From positions 128,001-192,000 of the forward strand of contig BK006938.2 in NCBI GenBank assembly GCA_000146045.2: a DNA stretch of 64,000 nt, read 5' to 3'. The position numbers were made by a program, and so were the translations under genes. This stretch comes from TPA_inf: Saccharomyces (lineage: Eukaryota). Numbering within the stretch: position 1 is the stretch's first letter; each line of letters opens with the position of its first letter. The notes beneath the pieces were generated by a model. The model made no database searches. It had not been told where the DNA came from and was given only the letters and a program-made list of their open reading frames with translations. This document shows, piece after piece, positions 10,291 through 21,078 of this stretch.

Positions 10291-11205
10291 ATGATTTCTG
10301 ACTACGATGCTCTTTTGCAATTCAACAAAAAACCTGTTTCGCAAGAAATGATTCAGTTCTTAGCCACTTCTACTGCTTCCATAATTAAAATCAGGGAAAA
10401 TAATAATCCAATCCAAGGATGTCGCCCACCAGACTTATCTATCTTCATTAAAAACGTGGTAATTCAGTCAAATGTTCAAACACCAACTTTAATGGCCACA
10501 TCAGTTTATTTAAACAAACTGAAAAGCGTAATACCAAAAAATGTGTACGGTATTAACACCACAAGACATCGGATATTTCTCGGATGCTTGATATTAGCTG
10601 CCAAAACTCTGAACGATTCTTCTCCCTGGAACAAACACTGGACCACGTACACAGAAGGTTTACTCAGAATACGTGAGGTGAATACCATCGAACGAGAACT
10701 ATTAGAATATTTAAATTGGGATGTGAGGATAACTACACCGGATTTGATTGATTCTCTTTCTTACTTCCTCGGGCCTATCAAGGAACAACTATTTTTACAA
10801 AGGAGACAAGAAATGCTGTTGTTCAATGCACCAAGTCCCGGCCAACTGAAAGAATATATAAATCATAGAAGACCGGTTTCGCATTCTAGAACTTCTTCTG
10901 CTATATCGGTTCCTTCACTGACATCCATGGCAACAGTTTCGACAACAGACTCAAGGTCTTCTCTACTGGCAAAATACCAACCGTCCCTACCGTTGGTGGA
11001 ATCTGACAACTTCAACAAAAAAAATCATGTGCCGTTAAGGAATAATAACGATATCTGTAATAATTTCAGGGCAGAGGAAAACATACACTCAGTAAACCAT
11101 ATTGATGTAACAATGGGAAGTTCACCAGTAATGTCGCATAAGCCCACAATTCACCAACGGTTAAATTTTACAAGGAGGGGCTGGTCATCGTTTTTCAAGC
11201 AATAA
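10291..11205 (+). CDS. PCL9: Pho85-family cyclin (304 aa).
   Basis: The cyclin box …RHRIFLGCLILAAKTLNDSSPWNKHWTTYTEGLLRIREVNTIERELLEYLNWDVRI… is present. ATG at 10291. Length matches PCL9. Confidence 0.9.
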   Translation: MISDYDALLQFNKKPVSQEMIQFLATSTASIIKIRENNNPIQGCRPPDLSIFIKNVVIQSNVQTPTLMATSVYLNKLKSVIPKNVYGINTTRHRIFLGCLILAAKTLNDSSPWNKHWTTYTEGLLRIREVNTIERELLEYLNWDVRITTPDLIDSLSYFLGPIKEQLFLQRRQEMLLFNAPSPGQLKEYINHRRPVSHSRTSSAISVPSLTSMATVSTTDSRSSLLAKYQPSLPLVESDNFNKKNHVPLRNNNDICNNFRAEENIHSVNHIDVTMGSSPVMSHKPTIHQRLNFTRRGWSSFFKQ

Positions 11206-11521
11206 TTCTAAGTTACTCGCCTTTTACAAGCTCTATAAATATTCTTTTCCGTTCTTTAGTTGTCTTAACTTTGTACAATATGAATAACCATCGTTTCTAG
11301 GCTACTAAAAAAACACCATACTACATAAACAAATATCTAATAATGAATACTCTTGGCATTCGTCTTGTTTCTCGAGGAATATCGGCCGAGTTTTTTTCAT
11401 TTTGACAGGTTATATAATTCAAAATCTATCTGACTCTGAAAAAGTGGTAATAAATGCATTGACAACTTCTTCTCTTTATTTTACAGACATTAATCCAGCA
11501 CTACAAGTGGCATATAACAAG

Positions 11522-13114
11522 ATGCTAAGAAACATTTTGGTGAGAAGTACTGGCAGCAATTTCAAATTTGCTGGCAGATATATGAAATCATCAGCTCTTT
11601 TAGGATACTATAGAAGAGTTAACTATTATTCGACCAAGATACAAACCAGACTGACTAGCGAAAACTATCCAGACGTGCATCGAGACCCTAGATTCAAAAA
11701 ATTAACGTCCGATGATCTAAATTATTTTAAATCTATTTTATCGGAACAAGAAATATTAAGAGCCAGCGAATCAGAGGATCTTTCATTTTATAATGAAGAT
11801 TGGATGAGAAAGTACAAAGGACAGTCCAAGTTAGTATTGAGACCTAAGTCAGTGGAAAAAGTTTCTTTAATCTTAAATTATTGTAATGATGAAAAAATTG
11901 CCGTTGTCCCACAAGGCGGTAACACGGGGTTGGTAGGTGGTTCTGTGCCCATTTTTGATGAATTAATTCTATCTTTAGCAAATTTAAACAAAATAAGAGA
12001 TTTTGACCCTGTATCAGGTATCTTGAAGTGTGATGCTGGTGTAATCTTGGAAAATGCTAACAATTACGTAATGGAACAAAATTATATGTTTCCGTTGGAT
12101 CTGGGAGCTAAAGGTTCCTGCCATGTTGGTGGCGTGGTTGCAACCAACGCTGGAGGACTAAGGTTATTGCGTTATGGCTCACTACATGGAAGCGTTTTAG
12201 GCTTAGAGGTGGTAATGCCCAATGGTCAAATTGTTAATAGCATGCATTCCATGAGAAAAGACAACACCGGTTATGATCTGAAACAGCTGTTCATTGGCTC
12301 AGAAGGTACTATCGGTATCATCACTGGTGTTTCAATCTTGACTGTTCCTAAGCCAAAAGCGTTTAATGTATCTTACTTGTCTGTTGAAAGTTTTGAAGAC
12401 GTTCAAAAAGTCTTCGTCAGAGCCAGGCAAGAATTATCTGAGATTTTATCCGCTTTTGAATTTATGGATGCTAAATCTCAAGTATTGGCCAAGAGCCAAT
12501 TGAAGGATGCTGCCTTCCCTTTGGAGGATGAGCATCCATTTTATATTCTTATCGAAACGTCAGGGTCAAACAAAGATCACGATGATTCCAAACTTGAAAC
12601 ATTTTTAGAAAACGTCATGGAAGAGGGCATAGTAACGGATGGTGTAGTGGCACAAGATGAAACCGAACTCCAAAACTTGTGGAAGTGGAGAGAAATGATT
12701 CCAGAGGCAAGTCAAGCTAATGGTGGTGTTTACAAATACGATGTTTCTTTACCACTAAAGGACCTATATTCTTTGGTTGAAGCCACTAATGCAAGACTTT
12801 CTGAAGCTGAATTAGTGGGTGATTCGCCCAAACCAGTGGTGGGCGCCATTGGATACGGTCACGTGGGTGATGGTAATCTACACTTAAATGTTGCAGTTAG
12901 AGAGTACAACAAGAACATTGAAAAGACTTTGGAACCATTTGTCTACGAGTTTGTTTCCTCAAAACATGGTTCCGTTAGTGCCGAACATGGGCTAGGTTTC
13001 CAAAAGAAAAATTACATTGGCTATTCTAAGAGCCCGGAAGAGGTCAAGATGATGAAGGATTTGAAGGTTCATTATGATCCTAATGGAATTTTAAACCCTT
13101 ACAAATACATTTGA
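11522..13114 (+). CDS. DLD2: Mitochondrial D-2-hydroxyglutarate / D-lactate dehydrogenase, an FAD-binding oxidoreductase (530 aa).
   Basis: The ORF-track start at 11402 is a TTG artefact. The ATG at 11522 gives [24 protein letters not shown]... and 530 aa. The FAD-binding PCMH motif …[16 protein letters not shown]… is present. Confidence 0.93.
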
Positions 13115-13208
13115 AAATAAAATGCCAAGTTTTATAGTTATCTACATATGTATATATTTATCAATATTATATTCTACAATTGTGTATATTATATGGTAAG
13201 GGTGATAT

Positions 13209-13721
13209 TTAAGGAAGAAATCCACCCTTCTTTAAGGTTTCCACTGCACATGTTGAAATGTGTCTGAATCTTGATGAGCCCAAAGGCGTGCCACCATACC
13301 ATCTGGTCACTATTACCAAGACGTTGAATATGTTTGCTCTTTCAAGTAAGGTCAATAAACGCTGTCCAGCACCAGCTTCGCCACAGTCAGCACATCCTTG
13401 CTCAATGTTCTTTGGCTGCACCGTTATGTTCCTTGACTTGTTAACATGACTATTATTACTCTTATTTGCTTTATTGCCCTTCTTTTTCTGCTCTTGTTGT
13501 AAGTGCAAATTATTTGATACCTCGGCCGTTCTCCAGGCATACATGTGCATGTGGGATGCCTTGGAGACGCTTTTGTTGTTTTGCGTTAGTTCTTGGAGTA
13601 TGGAGGGTATATCCTTTTGATTTTGTAATGGGCAACATCTTGCTTGAAATTTCGATTTTCTATCAACTAAAACTTCTGATTCATTCCATATTTTCACTAG
13701 CTTACCAACATTCTTACTCAT
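13209..13721 (-). CDS. YDL177C, an uncharacterised protein with a UPF0029/IMPACT-like domain (170 aa).
   Basis: The ATG (reverse complement at 13719..13721) gives MSKNVGKLVKIWNESEVLVDRKSKFQARCCPLQ... and 170 aa. The 8 upstream codons in the ORF track begin on TTG. The …VIVTRWYGGTPLGSSRF… block is typical of the IMPACT/YigZ family. Confidence 0.85.
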   Translation of the reverse strand: MSKNVGKLVKIWNESEVLVDRKSKFQARCCPLQNQKDIPSILQELTQNNKSVSKASHMHMYAWRTAEVSNNLHLQQEQKKKGNKANKSNNSHVNKSRNITVQPKNIEQGCADCGEAGAGQRLLTLLERANIFNVLVIVTRWYGGTPLGSSRFRHISTCAVETLKKGGFLP

Positions 13722-14096
13722 TTCTCCAAAAAATAGTAATACCAAACATCAATACCTATCTAAGAATCTGTATAATGTCTTTTCTAAAGGTTTTTTACAG
13801 CTGATGATTGATGCATGACTTATTTCCACAGTGCCGTATTTTCTCAGTTGCCGTTTTGGGTCTGCTTTTCACAATGCGAAGCTTTGTTGAAAAGAGCTCT
13901 AAGGTCAAAAACAATAGTAAGCTGATCGGTATTAAGTACTTGCCTTCCTGAAAATTGCTAACAAACATCCAAATATACCTTCCCCATAGTTGAATGGCAT
14001 CTAATAGAACAAAACCAGGTTAAGATAGGTTTTACTTTGAGTTGTTAAATACACGCAGAAAGCGTCTTTCCACATAATCTGAACATTTTGTTATCG

Positions 14097-16223
14097 ATGG
14101 CTACTGGCAGGATTCAATTTGCTGTTTCTACTCCCTGCAATACTAAGGGTAAACCGTCTGGTTATAGGTTATTTGAATTTAAAAACGATCGATTAGCACT
14201 GGTCCCATCAGAAAGAGGTTGTACAAAAGTAGATGTGAATGCAAATATACAAGCGTTTTGTTATTTAAGGCCTAATGGTAGAGACACGTCAATATCTCCA
14301 GACGCAACGCATATTTTGGACTCATGTGATTACATGGTGCTGGCTAAATCCAACGGATTCATTGAAATCATAAGCAACTATCAATACAAGATAAAAAATG
14401 GCCTGCGATTAGCGCCCTCTTATATCCTTAGATGTACTCCGGAAGATTTCGAATCCAATTTTTTTAGTGACTATATGATCGCTGGTCTTGAATATAGTCA
14501 AGGTTTATTATATTGTTGTATGTGCTCCGGTCGAATATATGTCTTTGTAATGAACCTTCCCACTGATTACATTCAGTATAAGAACATGTACAACCCCATG
14601 TTTCCAGATTGCTTTTTCAAAGTACATCACGATAATAATACAACACATTCTTCAGAAGAAGAAAAATTATTTGAAGGTAGTACGCGGTACACTGGAAGGT
14701 CATGCTCTAAGCATATCTGCTACTTCCTTTTGCCTATAGAACCATCCCATTTAAGATCGTCACCCGTGGTATCTTCGTTTTGCAATATGTATCAAGGCCT
14801 GCCCATATATAGGCCTTCGATGTATTTACATATAGAACGAGGTATTTCCACATTCCATATAAATCCATTAGACCGGTTTTGTTTCATGACAGTATCGCCA
14901 CGATCACCACTATTTATAAGGAAAATAATTTTACCATTGACTTATGTTACATTTTTAAGCACCTTTATCAGCCTAAAGAACAGTATACAGGGAGATACAT
15001 GCGGTGAGATACTTTCGTGGGACAACGTAGCGCAACAAAATGGATTTGGTTCTTTGTTCAGCTGGATTAGTAACAAGTTTACATTCGATACGGATATTAT
15101 AAATTCAACCATTTGGGATGATATTGTAAAATATTCTGGAACAGGAATGCTGGATTCAGGAATCGTCTGGAAACAGCGTCAAGGTCACGCTAAAGATGAC
15201 ATATATGAGTTATTCCACACTCAAGATATGCTGGGAAGTAGTCGCCGAAATTCTTCATTCAGTACTGCTAGCAGCGAACCGAGACCGCTGAGTCGAAGAA
15301 GGAGAGAATCTTTTCAAGCCTTAACTAGAGACGCTTTTAGAGAAAGAATGGATGTACCCTGTTCAACGAAGTGGGAATTAGATTCTTTTATCCGAGGATT
15401 AAGAAGGAATACATTTATGGTAGATTTTGAAATTGTTGAAAAGATTTCTCATAGAAATGGAAATGATGGGGTGAATGAAGATGATAACACTACAGATGAA
15501 AGTGATGAAACAATGACTTCTTTTCTAACAGATAATTACAAAAAGATGGACATTGTGTGCATCGATCATTTCGTCACGTTGAGTGCATTCCGACCTCGGT
15601 ACTATGATGAACCAATAATTAAAATCGATTCATTATCGAACAAAAATGGCTCTGAAAATGGAACTAATGAAGAAGAGTGGGCAGAAAGTCAAATGAAGGT
15701 GGATGGCCAAGTGATAGATGATGAGACAGCTCAATTCAAGCAGGCATTGGGAAATTTATGTTCATTCAAGAAATTATTTATGCTGGATGATTCTTTATGC
15801 TTTATATTGGACACACATGGAGTTTTGTTGATAAATAGATTTGAAATAAAAAATACCAAAAATTTGTTAAGGAATTCCAAGGATACTATTCGGATAATAC
15901 CCCATGATTTCGGATTGATTAATGATACAATTGTTATAATTAATGATATAGACGTAGGCACAGACAATGTTTGCGCCCTTACGTTTCACTTGGTGGTAAC
16001 ATCAATGGCAGGAGAGATAACTGTTCTTAAAGGCGAATTTTTCAAAAACTGCAGGTTAGGAAGAATAAAACTGTGCGATTCACTAAAGCTAAATAGAAAA
16101 GATCGGTTTGTCGACAAACTTGCTCTAATCGATTATGACGGTTTAAATGCACAAAAAAGAAGGTTAGATTACGATGAAAAGGACCTTTATACATTCATTG
16201 TGAAAAAGGTAAAAAGAGACTAA
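14097..16223 (+). CDS. YDL176W (708 aa). I recall it being reported as GID12, a GID E3-ligase-associated beta-propeller, but I am not certain of the name.
   Basis: ATG at 14097 (MATGRIQFAVSTPCNTKGKPSGYRLFEF...). The ORF-track start 14088 is TTG. The length of 708 aa matches YDL176W. Confidence 0.85.
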   Translation: MATGRIQFAVSTPCNTKGKPSGYRLFEFKNDRLALVPSERGCTKVDVNANIQAFCYLRPNGRDTSISPDATHILDSCDYMVLAKSNGFIEIISNYQYKIKNGLRLAPSYILRCTPEDFESNFFSDYMIAGLEYSQGLLYCCMCSGRIYVFVMNLPTDYIQYKNMYNPMFPDCFFKVHHDNNTTHSSEEEKLFEGSTRYTGRSCSKHICYFLLPIEPSHLRSSPVVSSFCNMYQGLPIYRPSMYLHIERGISTFHINPLDRFCFMTVSPRSPLFIRKIILPLTYVTFLSTFISLKNSIQGDTCGEILSWDNVAQQNGFGSLFSWISNKFTFDTDIINSTIWDDIVKYSGTGMLDSGIVWKQRQGHAKDDIYELFHTQDMLGSSRRNSSFSTASSEPRPLSRRRRESFQALTRDAFRERMDVPCSTKWELDSFIRGLRRNTFMVDFEIVEKISHRNGNDGVNEDDNTTDESDETMTSFLTDNYKKMDIVCIDHFVTLSAFRPRYYDEPIIKIDSLSNKNGSENGTNEEEWAESQMKVDGQVIDDETAQFKQALGNLCSFKKLFMLDDSLCFILDTHGVLLINRFEIKNTKNLLRNSKDTIRIIPHDFGLINDTIVIINDIDVGTDNVCALTFHLVVTSMAGEITVLKGEFFKNCRLGRIKLCDSLKLNRKDRFVDKLALIDYDGLNAQKRRLDYDEKDLYTFIVKKVKRD

Positions 16224-16483
16224 ATTGAGTTGCATAGATGTTAGCCATAATAGAAAATAGCGTATGAGGTAGCAGGAGTTATAAGACGTATTTACGTATA
16301 TGTATGTATATGTTATTATTATTACCTGTGATTGCACGAAGGCCTTTTTTTTTCACAACAAGAAGATGTAAGAAATTTACATGCTATTTTGATTAATGGT
16401 CGAATTAGGTATTGTCTTTAATCTTTCATTAAGAAAATATAATGTAACCAAGAACAGCTTGTTAAAGGGCTTCCTATTTAAAG

Positions 16484-17518
16484 TTATCTTCTTTTCCCCA
16501 AGGTACCACTCCTATATGGTTGATAAGAATTGTAGTTTCTGTAATTGGAAGAGTTGGAAATGCTGTTATTATCAACATAAGTAGAAGGGTTATATCTGGA
16601 GCCATACATATTCTCCGATATCGACGAGACGTTTACTTTTGTATTTTGATACCGTGAATTTTTACTAATATTATTATTGAGTGACAGCGTCTCGCCCCTT
16701 ATAGTTGGTTGAATGACATTAGACTTTTGATAAGGAGGAGGATGGAAGTTCGATGCTCTACGTTTATTTCTGCCACTATGAGAGTGATCGTTTTGGGAAT
16801 GTCTTTTATGGGAAGGTCTCGGTAGTGGATCCTCATCGTATATGGACTCACTAAATTGATAGTCTTCATTTTCGTCCGAATTTCTGTTCATGTGACGGTA
16901 ATATTCCTGTTTTAGCTCAACTGACAAATTAGAACCAGTGAACGCACTTCCATCCTCGTTAGGTACTCTAGATGATCGTTTTTCCTTGCAATCATCACCA
17001 AAGTGCCCCTTTCCACCGCAGTTATAACAGTATATAGTATGAAAGGGAAGGACCTTGGGCTTAGCCTTTTCATTATCATCTACTAAAATATATGCTCTCC
17101 ATATACTAGGACATCTTTCTTTTGAGTGTTTCTTACTCTTACAAAGAGTGCACTGAACTTTTTTCCATTTATGTGGACATTGTGACCTGTAATGACCCAC
17201 CTCATCACACTTTGAACACTGGATAGCCTTCGGACAATGTCGAGAATAATGATCATCCGTCGCCCCACAGTACGAACATATTATATGGGGACAATCCTTC
17301 TTCAAATGACCTCTTTGAGAGCAATTATTACATTTAGGTGCTGCCTCTTTAATGGCATCCTTGTCATCATCGCTTACGCCAAAATATCTACCCTGCCCTC
17401 TAAGAGCTCTTAATTCGTTGGGATTACTATTTACTTCCTCTATAGAAGGTGCTACAAGTTTATCTGGAGGAGTTGTGGGTGCCGTATCGACGACAAATGG
17501 TGCCGTATTTTTTTCCAT
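16484..17518 (-). CDS. AIR2: TRAMP-complex RNA-binding subunit with five CCHC zinc knuckles (344 aa).
   Basis: The ATG (reverse complement 17516..17518) gives MEKNTAPFVVDTAPTTPPDK.... The knuckles are CNNCSQRGHLKKDC, CSYCGATDDHYSRHC, CSKCDEVGHYRSQC, CTLCKSKKHSKERC and CYNCGGKGHFGDDC. The 23 upstream codons are an artefact with no ATG. Confidence 0.93.
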   Translation of the reverse strand: MEKNTAPFVVDTAPTTPPDKLVAPSIEEVNSNPNELRALRGQGRYFGVSDDDKDAIKEAAPKCNNCSQRGHLKKDCPHIICSYCGATDDHYSRHCPKAIQCSKCDEVGHYRSQCPHKWKKVQCTLCKSKKHSKERCPSIWRAYILVDDNEKAKPKVLPFHTIYCYNCGGKGHFGDDCKEKRSSRVPNEDGSAFTGSNLSVELKQEYYRHMNRNSDENEDYQFSESIYDEDPLPRPSHKRHSQNDHSHSGRNKRRASNFHPPPYQKSNVIQPTIRGETLSLNNNISKNSRYQNTKVNVSSISENMYGSRYNPSTYVDNNSISNSSNYRNYNSYQPYRSGTLGKRR

Positions 17519-17825
17519 GACTGCGAGGAAGTGATGTAAGCTGCTATCGTTGTACAGGTAAGGTTTAATTCTCTCTGATGCTGCCAATAGTCATAACTTT
17601 TTTCGAAATGTTTCTTCCCATCCCATTAGTGTTTGAAGGAAAAAAAGGCACTACCCGGATCATGAATACATTTGATGGTAATAATATATATCACATTTTT
17701 AAGCATGTATTAGCTACTGGGAAAGGGCATTTTGAAATGGTATGTTTTCTTTAAGGATGAACTATATATATTACATGAAATATATTTCAGGTTTACGTGA
17801 AGGGTGAAAAAGGAAAATCAGATAC

Positions 17826-19589
17826 TCACCTGTAATCATTAGCGGGCTCGTTTGGATCAGTTTTAAAGATTTTGTCCGGGTTCATGATTCTCTTTGGGTC
17901 AATAGCTAGCTTAATCTTTCTCATCAAATCGACGGGTGCTTCACCTAATTCTTCGAGCAAGTACTCTCTTTTACCAATACCAACACCGTGTTCACCCGTG
18001 CAAGTGCCTTCTGCGTTCAGTGCTCTCTTGACCATTCTGTCAACAAGTTGGCTACAGGTTTCGTGTTCTTCAGGGGTTCTGTAGACGATGAATGCATGGA
18101 AGTTACCATCACCTGCATGACCAACAATGGCGTTGATCAGCTTACTAGCTTGCATGTCCTTTTTAGTTTCGTGAATAACCTTGTCGAACTGCGACACAGG
18201 AACAGCTACATCAGTTGTCCAAATTTTAGCTGATTTGTCTTTGCTCTTATCAGCGTCTAGCACAGACCATAGCGCGACCTTTCTAGCTTCCCATAATTCC
18301 AATTTTTCGTCATCATCTTTAGCAAACTGAAAACTGTTGCAGTGATTTAACTGGGCGACAGCCTTAACTTCATCCACAAGAGCATTGACAATGTTGGGAG
18401 ATCTCCCACCAATCTTGAAAAACATAGTTGGTTTCTCTACCCAATCACATCTGTCCGTGGATTCAGATGCGTTGATCAACTTCATCATATTTTCATCCAG
18501 TAACTCCATGGCGTTCAAATGAATACCACTCTGAGTCAGATTAGAAGCACATGCGGCCGCATCCTTGATAGTATCAAAGGATACCACCGCAACAGTTTCA
18601 GCTTTGGGCTTGACATGACACTTGACAGTAGCTTCAGTAACAATACCTAAGGTACCTTCACTTCCCACAAATAAACCATTTAAGTTATAGCCAGCGCTCG
18701 ACTTTCTGGGTCTTTTCTTCGTCTTGACAATGGTCCCGTCCGGCAACACTATAGTCATGTTTATAATATTCTCCTTCATGGTACCGTAACGGTAGGCGTT
18801 GGTTCCTGAACAAGAATTAGCAATGCAACCACCAATCTGTGCACCTGGACCAGGGTCACAGCCAAACATCAAACCGTGGTCGCTCAAATAGTCATTCAAA
18901 TCCTCCCAGGGTAGACCGGCCTGCACGGTGATGTCCAGGTCCAGCTTGTCAAATTTTACGACGTTATTCATAAACTTGGACAGGTCTACGGTTATGGTAT
19001 CTCCAATTCTTGTAGGCAGGAAGTGCCCCTCCAAGGACGTTCCGCCCGAGAAGGGTACAACTGGCATGTTGTTATCGTGACATATTTTCAAAATTTTGGA
19101 AACTTCTTCGGTAGTATGAGGGAATAATATAATCCTAGGTCTTTGCTCGGGAGAGGGGTGATGCGTGTTGAAGTAGGTATCTGAATGGGCGTCCAAATCG
19201 GATTTCGCATCAGAGTAGTTTTCAGGCTTGTTTCCCAGCACCTGCTTCAGGTCCTCAACAACCTTATCGATCTTAACCGGGTCGTGCAAATAGTCTGGTG
19301 AGTCCAATGAGGACAGCTTTAACGTAGAATTTACTGGGTCGATCTTTTTGACCATTTCCAGCTTCTCTATCAAATCTTCCTTAGTCTCCCTAGAATAGAG
19401 GTTCTTAGCGAACAAATAACCGAATAGAGTAGCTGAAGAGGCGATGACAGAGTATTTTAACCACTGGCTGCTGCTGTCGGTGCTGCCTGTGCCTGTTGAG
19501 GCGTATCTGTAGCATGATCTTCTCACCAGCCTTCCTCTAGGTTGTGCAATAGGCTTTATTAGCCTTGTGCAAGTACGCTTCCACAACAT
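17826..19589 (-). CDS. DLD1: Mitochondrial D-lactate dehydrogenase (cytochrome), an FAD-binding oxidase (587 aa).
   Basis: The ATG (reverse complement 19587..19589) gives MLWKRTCTRLIKPIAQPRGRLVRR... and 587 aa. The FAD-binding motif …VVPFSGGTSLEGH… is present. It is a paralogue of DLD2, which lies 4.7 kb away. Confidence 0.93.
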   Translation of the reverse strand: MLWKRTCTRLIKPIAQPRGRLVRRSCYRYASTGTGSTDSSSQWLKYSVIASSATLFGYLFAKNLYSRETKEDLIEKLEMVKKIDPVNSTLKLSSLDSPDYLHDPVKIDKVVEDLKQVLGNKPENYSDAKSDLDAHSDTYFNTHHPSPEQRPRIILFPHTTEEVSKILKICHDNNMPVVPFSGGTSLEGHFLPTRIGDTITVDLSKFMNNVVKFDKLDLDITVQAGLPWEDLNDYLSDHGLMFGCDPGPGAQIGGCIANSCSGTNAYRYGTMKENIINMTIVLPDGTIVKTKKRPRKSSAGYNLNGLFVGSEGTLGIVTEATVKCHVKPKAETVAVVSFDTIKDAAACASNLTQSGIHLNAMELLDENMMKLINASESTDRCDWVEKPTMFFKIGGRSPNIVNALVDEVKAVAQLNHCNSFQFAKDDDEKLELWEARKVALWSVLDADKSKDKSAKIWTTDVAVPVSQFDKVIHETKKDMQASKLINAIVGHAGDGNFHAFIVYRTPEEHETCSQLVDRMVKRALNAEGTCTGEHGVGIGKREYLLEELGEAPVDLMRKIKLAIDPKRIMNPDKIFKTDPNEPANDYR

Positions 19590-19688
19590 TGTTCTTGCTT
19601 TTGTTTCCAGCTGGATCGGAATGATGTACAATATTTAAATTGCACTATAACACGGAAGCTCAAGAAATCTTTCCAGCCCACACACACA

Positions 19689-19714
19689 CACACATATATA
19701 TATACATATGTAGT
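19689..19714. repeat. Compound (CA)8(TA)5 dinucleotide microsatellite in the DLD1/PAR32 divergent promoter.
   Basis: cacacacacacacacatatatatata. Confidence 0.9.
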
Positions 19715-20190
19715 TCCGAGTGCAAAATCGCTAAGCGGTTATTACTGCACCAGTTGGGGCCAACTACGCTGGATCGACGTGGGATTGGCAGGGAAGAACT
19801 TCGAGGGAGGTGGTCGGAGAAGAGAGTGGGATGCGGGCGTGGGGGTCTGCTGTTACTTTTATCGGCACAACGGACCTGGGTTGACAAGAGCTTGAAGGCT
19901 CCAAGAGACAGCGACCGTCGGCGCCGAATGACGAAACTATGCTGTGTGTGACCAGGCGAACAACATTGAGAGAGTTGAGGAGCCGTACGGACAGCTGTTT
20001 GTAGTGATATTTCCTTGTTGTAACCAGACGAGTTCCTTTATAACGTTTTGAAATGTTTCATAGGGTTACCCTGACAGAGCGGTGGCTTATGTCAAAAAGG
20101 CTGACGCTGATACTAATGACGGTCAATGGAAGCATATGAGCAAAAGCAGCAGCAGCGTTAGCAGCAGCAGTAGCGTAAGACCAAGTTAGT

Positions 20191-21078
20191 ATGGCTACGT
20201 TCAACCCACAAAACGAGATGGAGAACCAGGCACGTGTACAAGAGTACAAGGTCTCCACTGGCAGAGGCGGAGCTGGCAACATCCATAAATCTATGTCCAA
20301 GCCGTCTCCCGTACTTCTTCCATTGAAATCCAATTCAAAGACAGTAGCAAACAACAATAATAACGGTAGCAACCAGGAAAAGGTTCCTCGTTTTGCAATT
20401 GGTAGAGGTGGTGCCGGTAATATCTTTCATGATCCGCACCTGACGAGATCCGCCCAACAACTGGACTCTAACGACAATATCAACTATAACGACGTGATCA
20501 ATGACATCGACGATTATATTTCCCCTATAACTTCGGATATGGTGGATGAAGGTGGGTCAAACCCGGTGACCAACACCAGGTCTCGTATCAGCGCTACAAG
20601 GAGCCATCAGTCTTTGCATGCCACCACTTCGTCTCCGAACAACAACGCCCCAATTGTCGTTGGTAGAGGTGGGGCAGGAAACATTTTCTTCAACAAAAAA
20701 AAGGTGGCCAGCAATGGTGGAAATGAAGAGGATGAGATACGAGGCGGCAATATCGAGGATGAGGATACTATCAATGCAAACGAGGACAACCTGTTTGTGG
20801 TGACTTCCAATGGCAATGCTTTGGCGGCAATCAAGTCCACGTCCAAGAAGCCTAAAAATAAGCTCAAGGGCAAAAGCGCACCGGAAAAATTTGCTATTGG
20901 AAGAGGTGGCGCTGGAAACATAATTTCTCCAAAGTCAAGCAGGAACACTATCAACCATAACTTAAACGATGATGATGAAGATAAGTTTAATTTGAAAGAT
21001 GACAATGGTAAAGAGAAGAAGAAGAAGAAGAAGAAGAAATCAGGGTTTTTCAGTTCTTTGAAAACTATGTTTAATTGA
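20191..21078 (+). CDS. PAR32: Low-complexity phosphoprotein PAR32 (295 aa) with four internal GRGGAGNI repeats and a C-terminal poly-Lys tract.
   Basis: MATFNPQNEMENQARVQEYKVSTGRGGAGNIHKS… The motifs IGRGGAGNIFHD, VGRGGAGNIFFN and IGRGGAGNIISP follow. KKKKKKKK is encoded by (GAA)8. Confidence 0.92.
   Translation: MATFNPQNEMENQARVQEYKVSTGRGGAGNIHKSMSKPSPVLLPLKSNSKTVANNNNNGSNQEKVPRFAIGRGGAGNIFHDPHLTRSAQQLDSNDNINYNDVINDIDDYISPITSDMVDEGGSNPVTNTRSRISATRSHQSLHATTSSPNNNAPIVVGRGGAGNIFFNKKKVASNGGNEEDEIRGGNIEDEDTINANEDNLFVVTSNGNALAAIKSTSKKPKNKLKGKSAPEKFAIGRGGAGNIISPKSSRNTINHNLNDDDEDKFNLKDDNGKEKKKKKKKKSGFFSSLKTMFN
21014..21040 (+). repeat. PAR32: (GAA)8 trinucleotide repeat encoding a Lys8 tract near the PAR32 C-terminus.
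   Basis: gagaagaagaagaagaagaagaagaaa. Confidence 0.9.
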
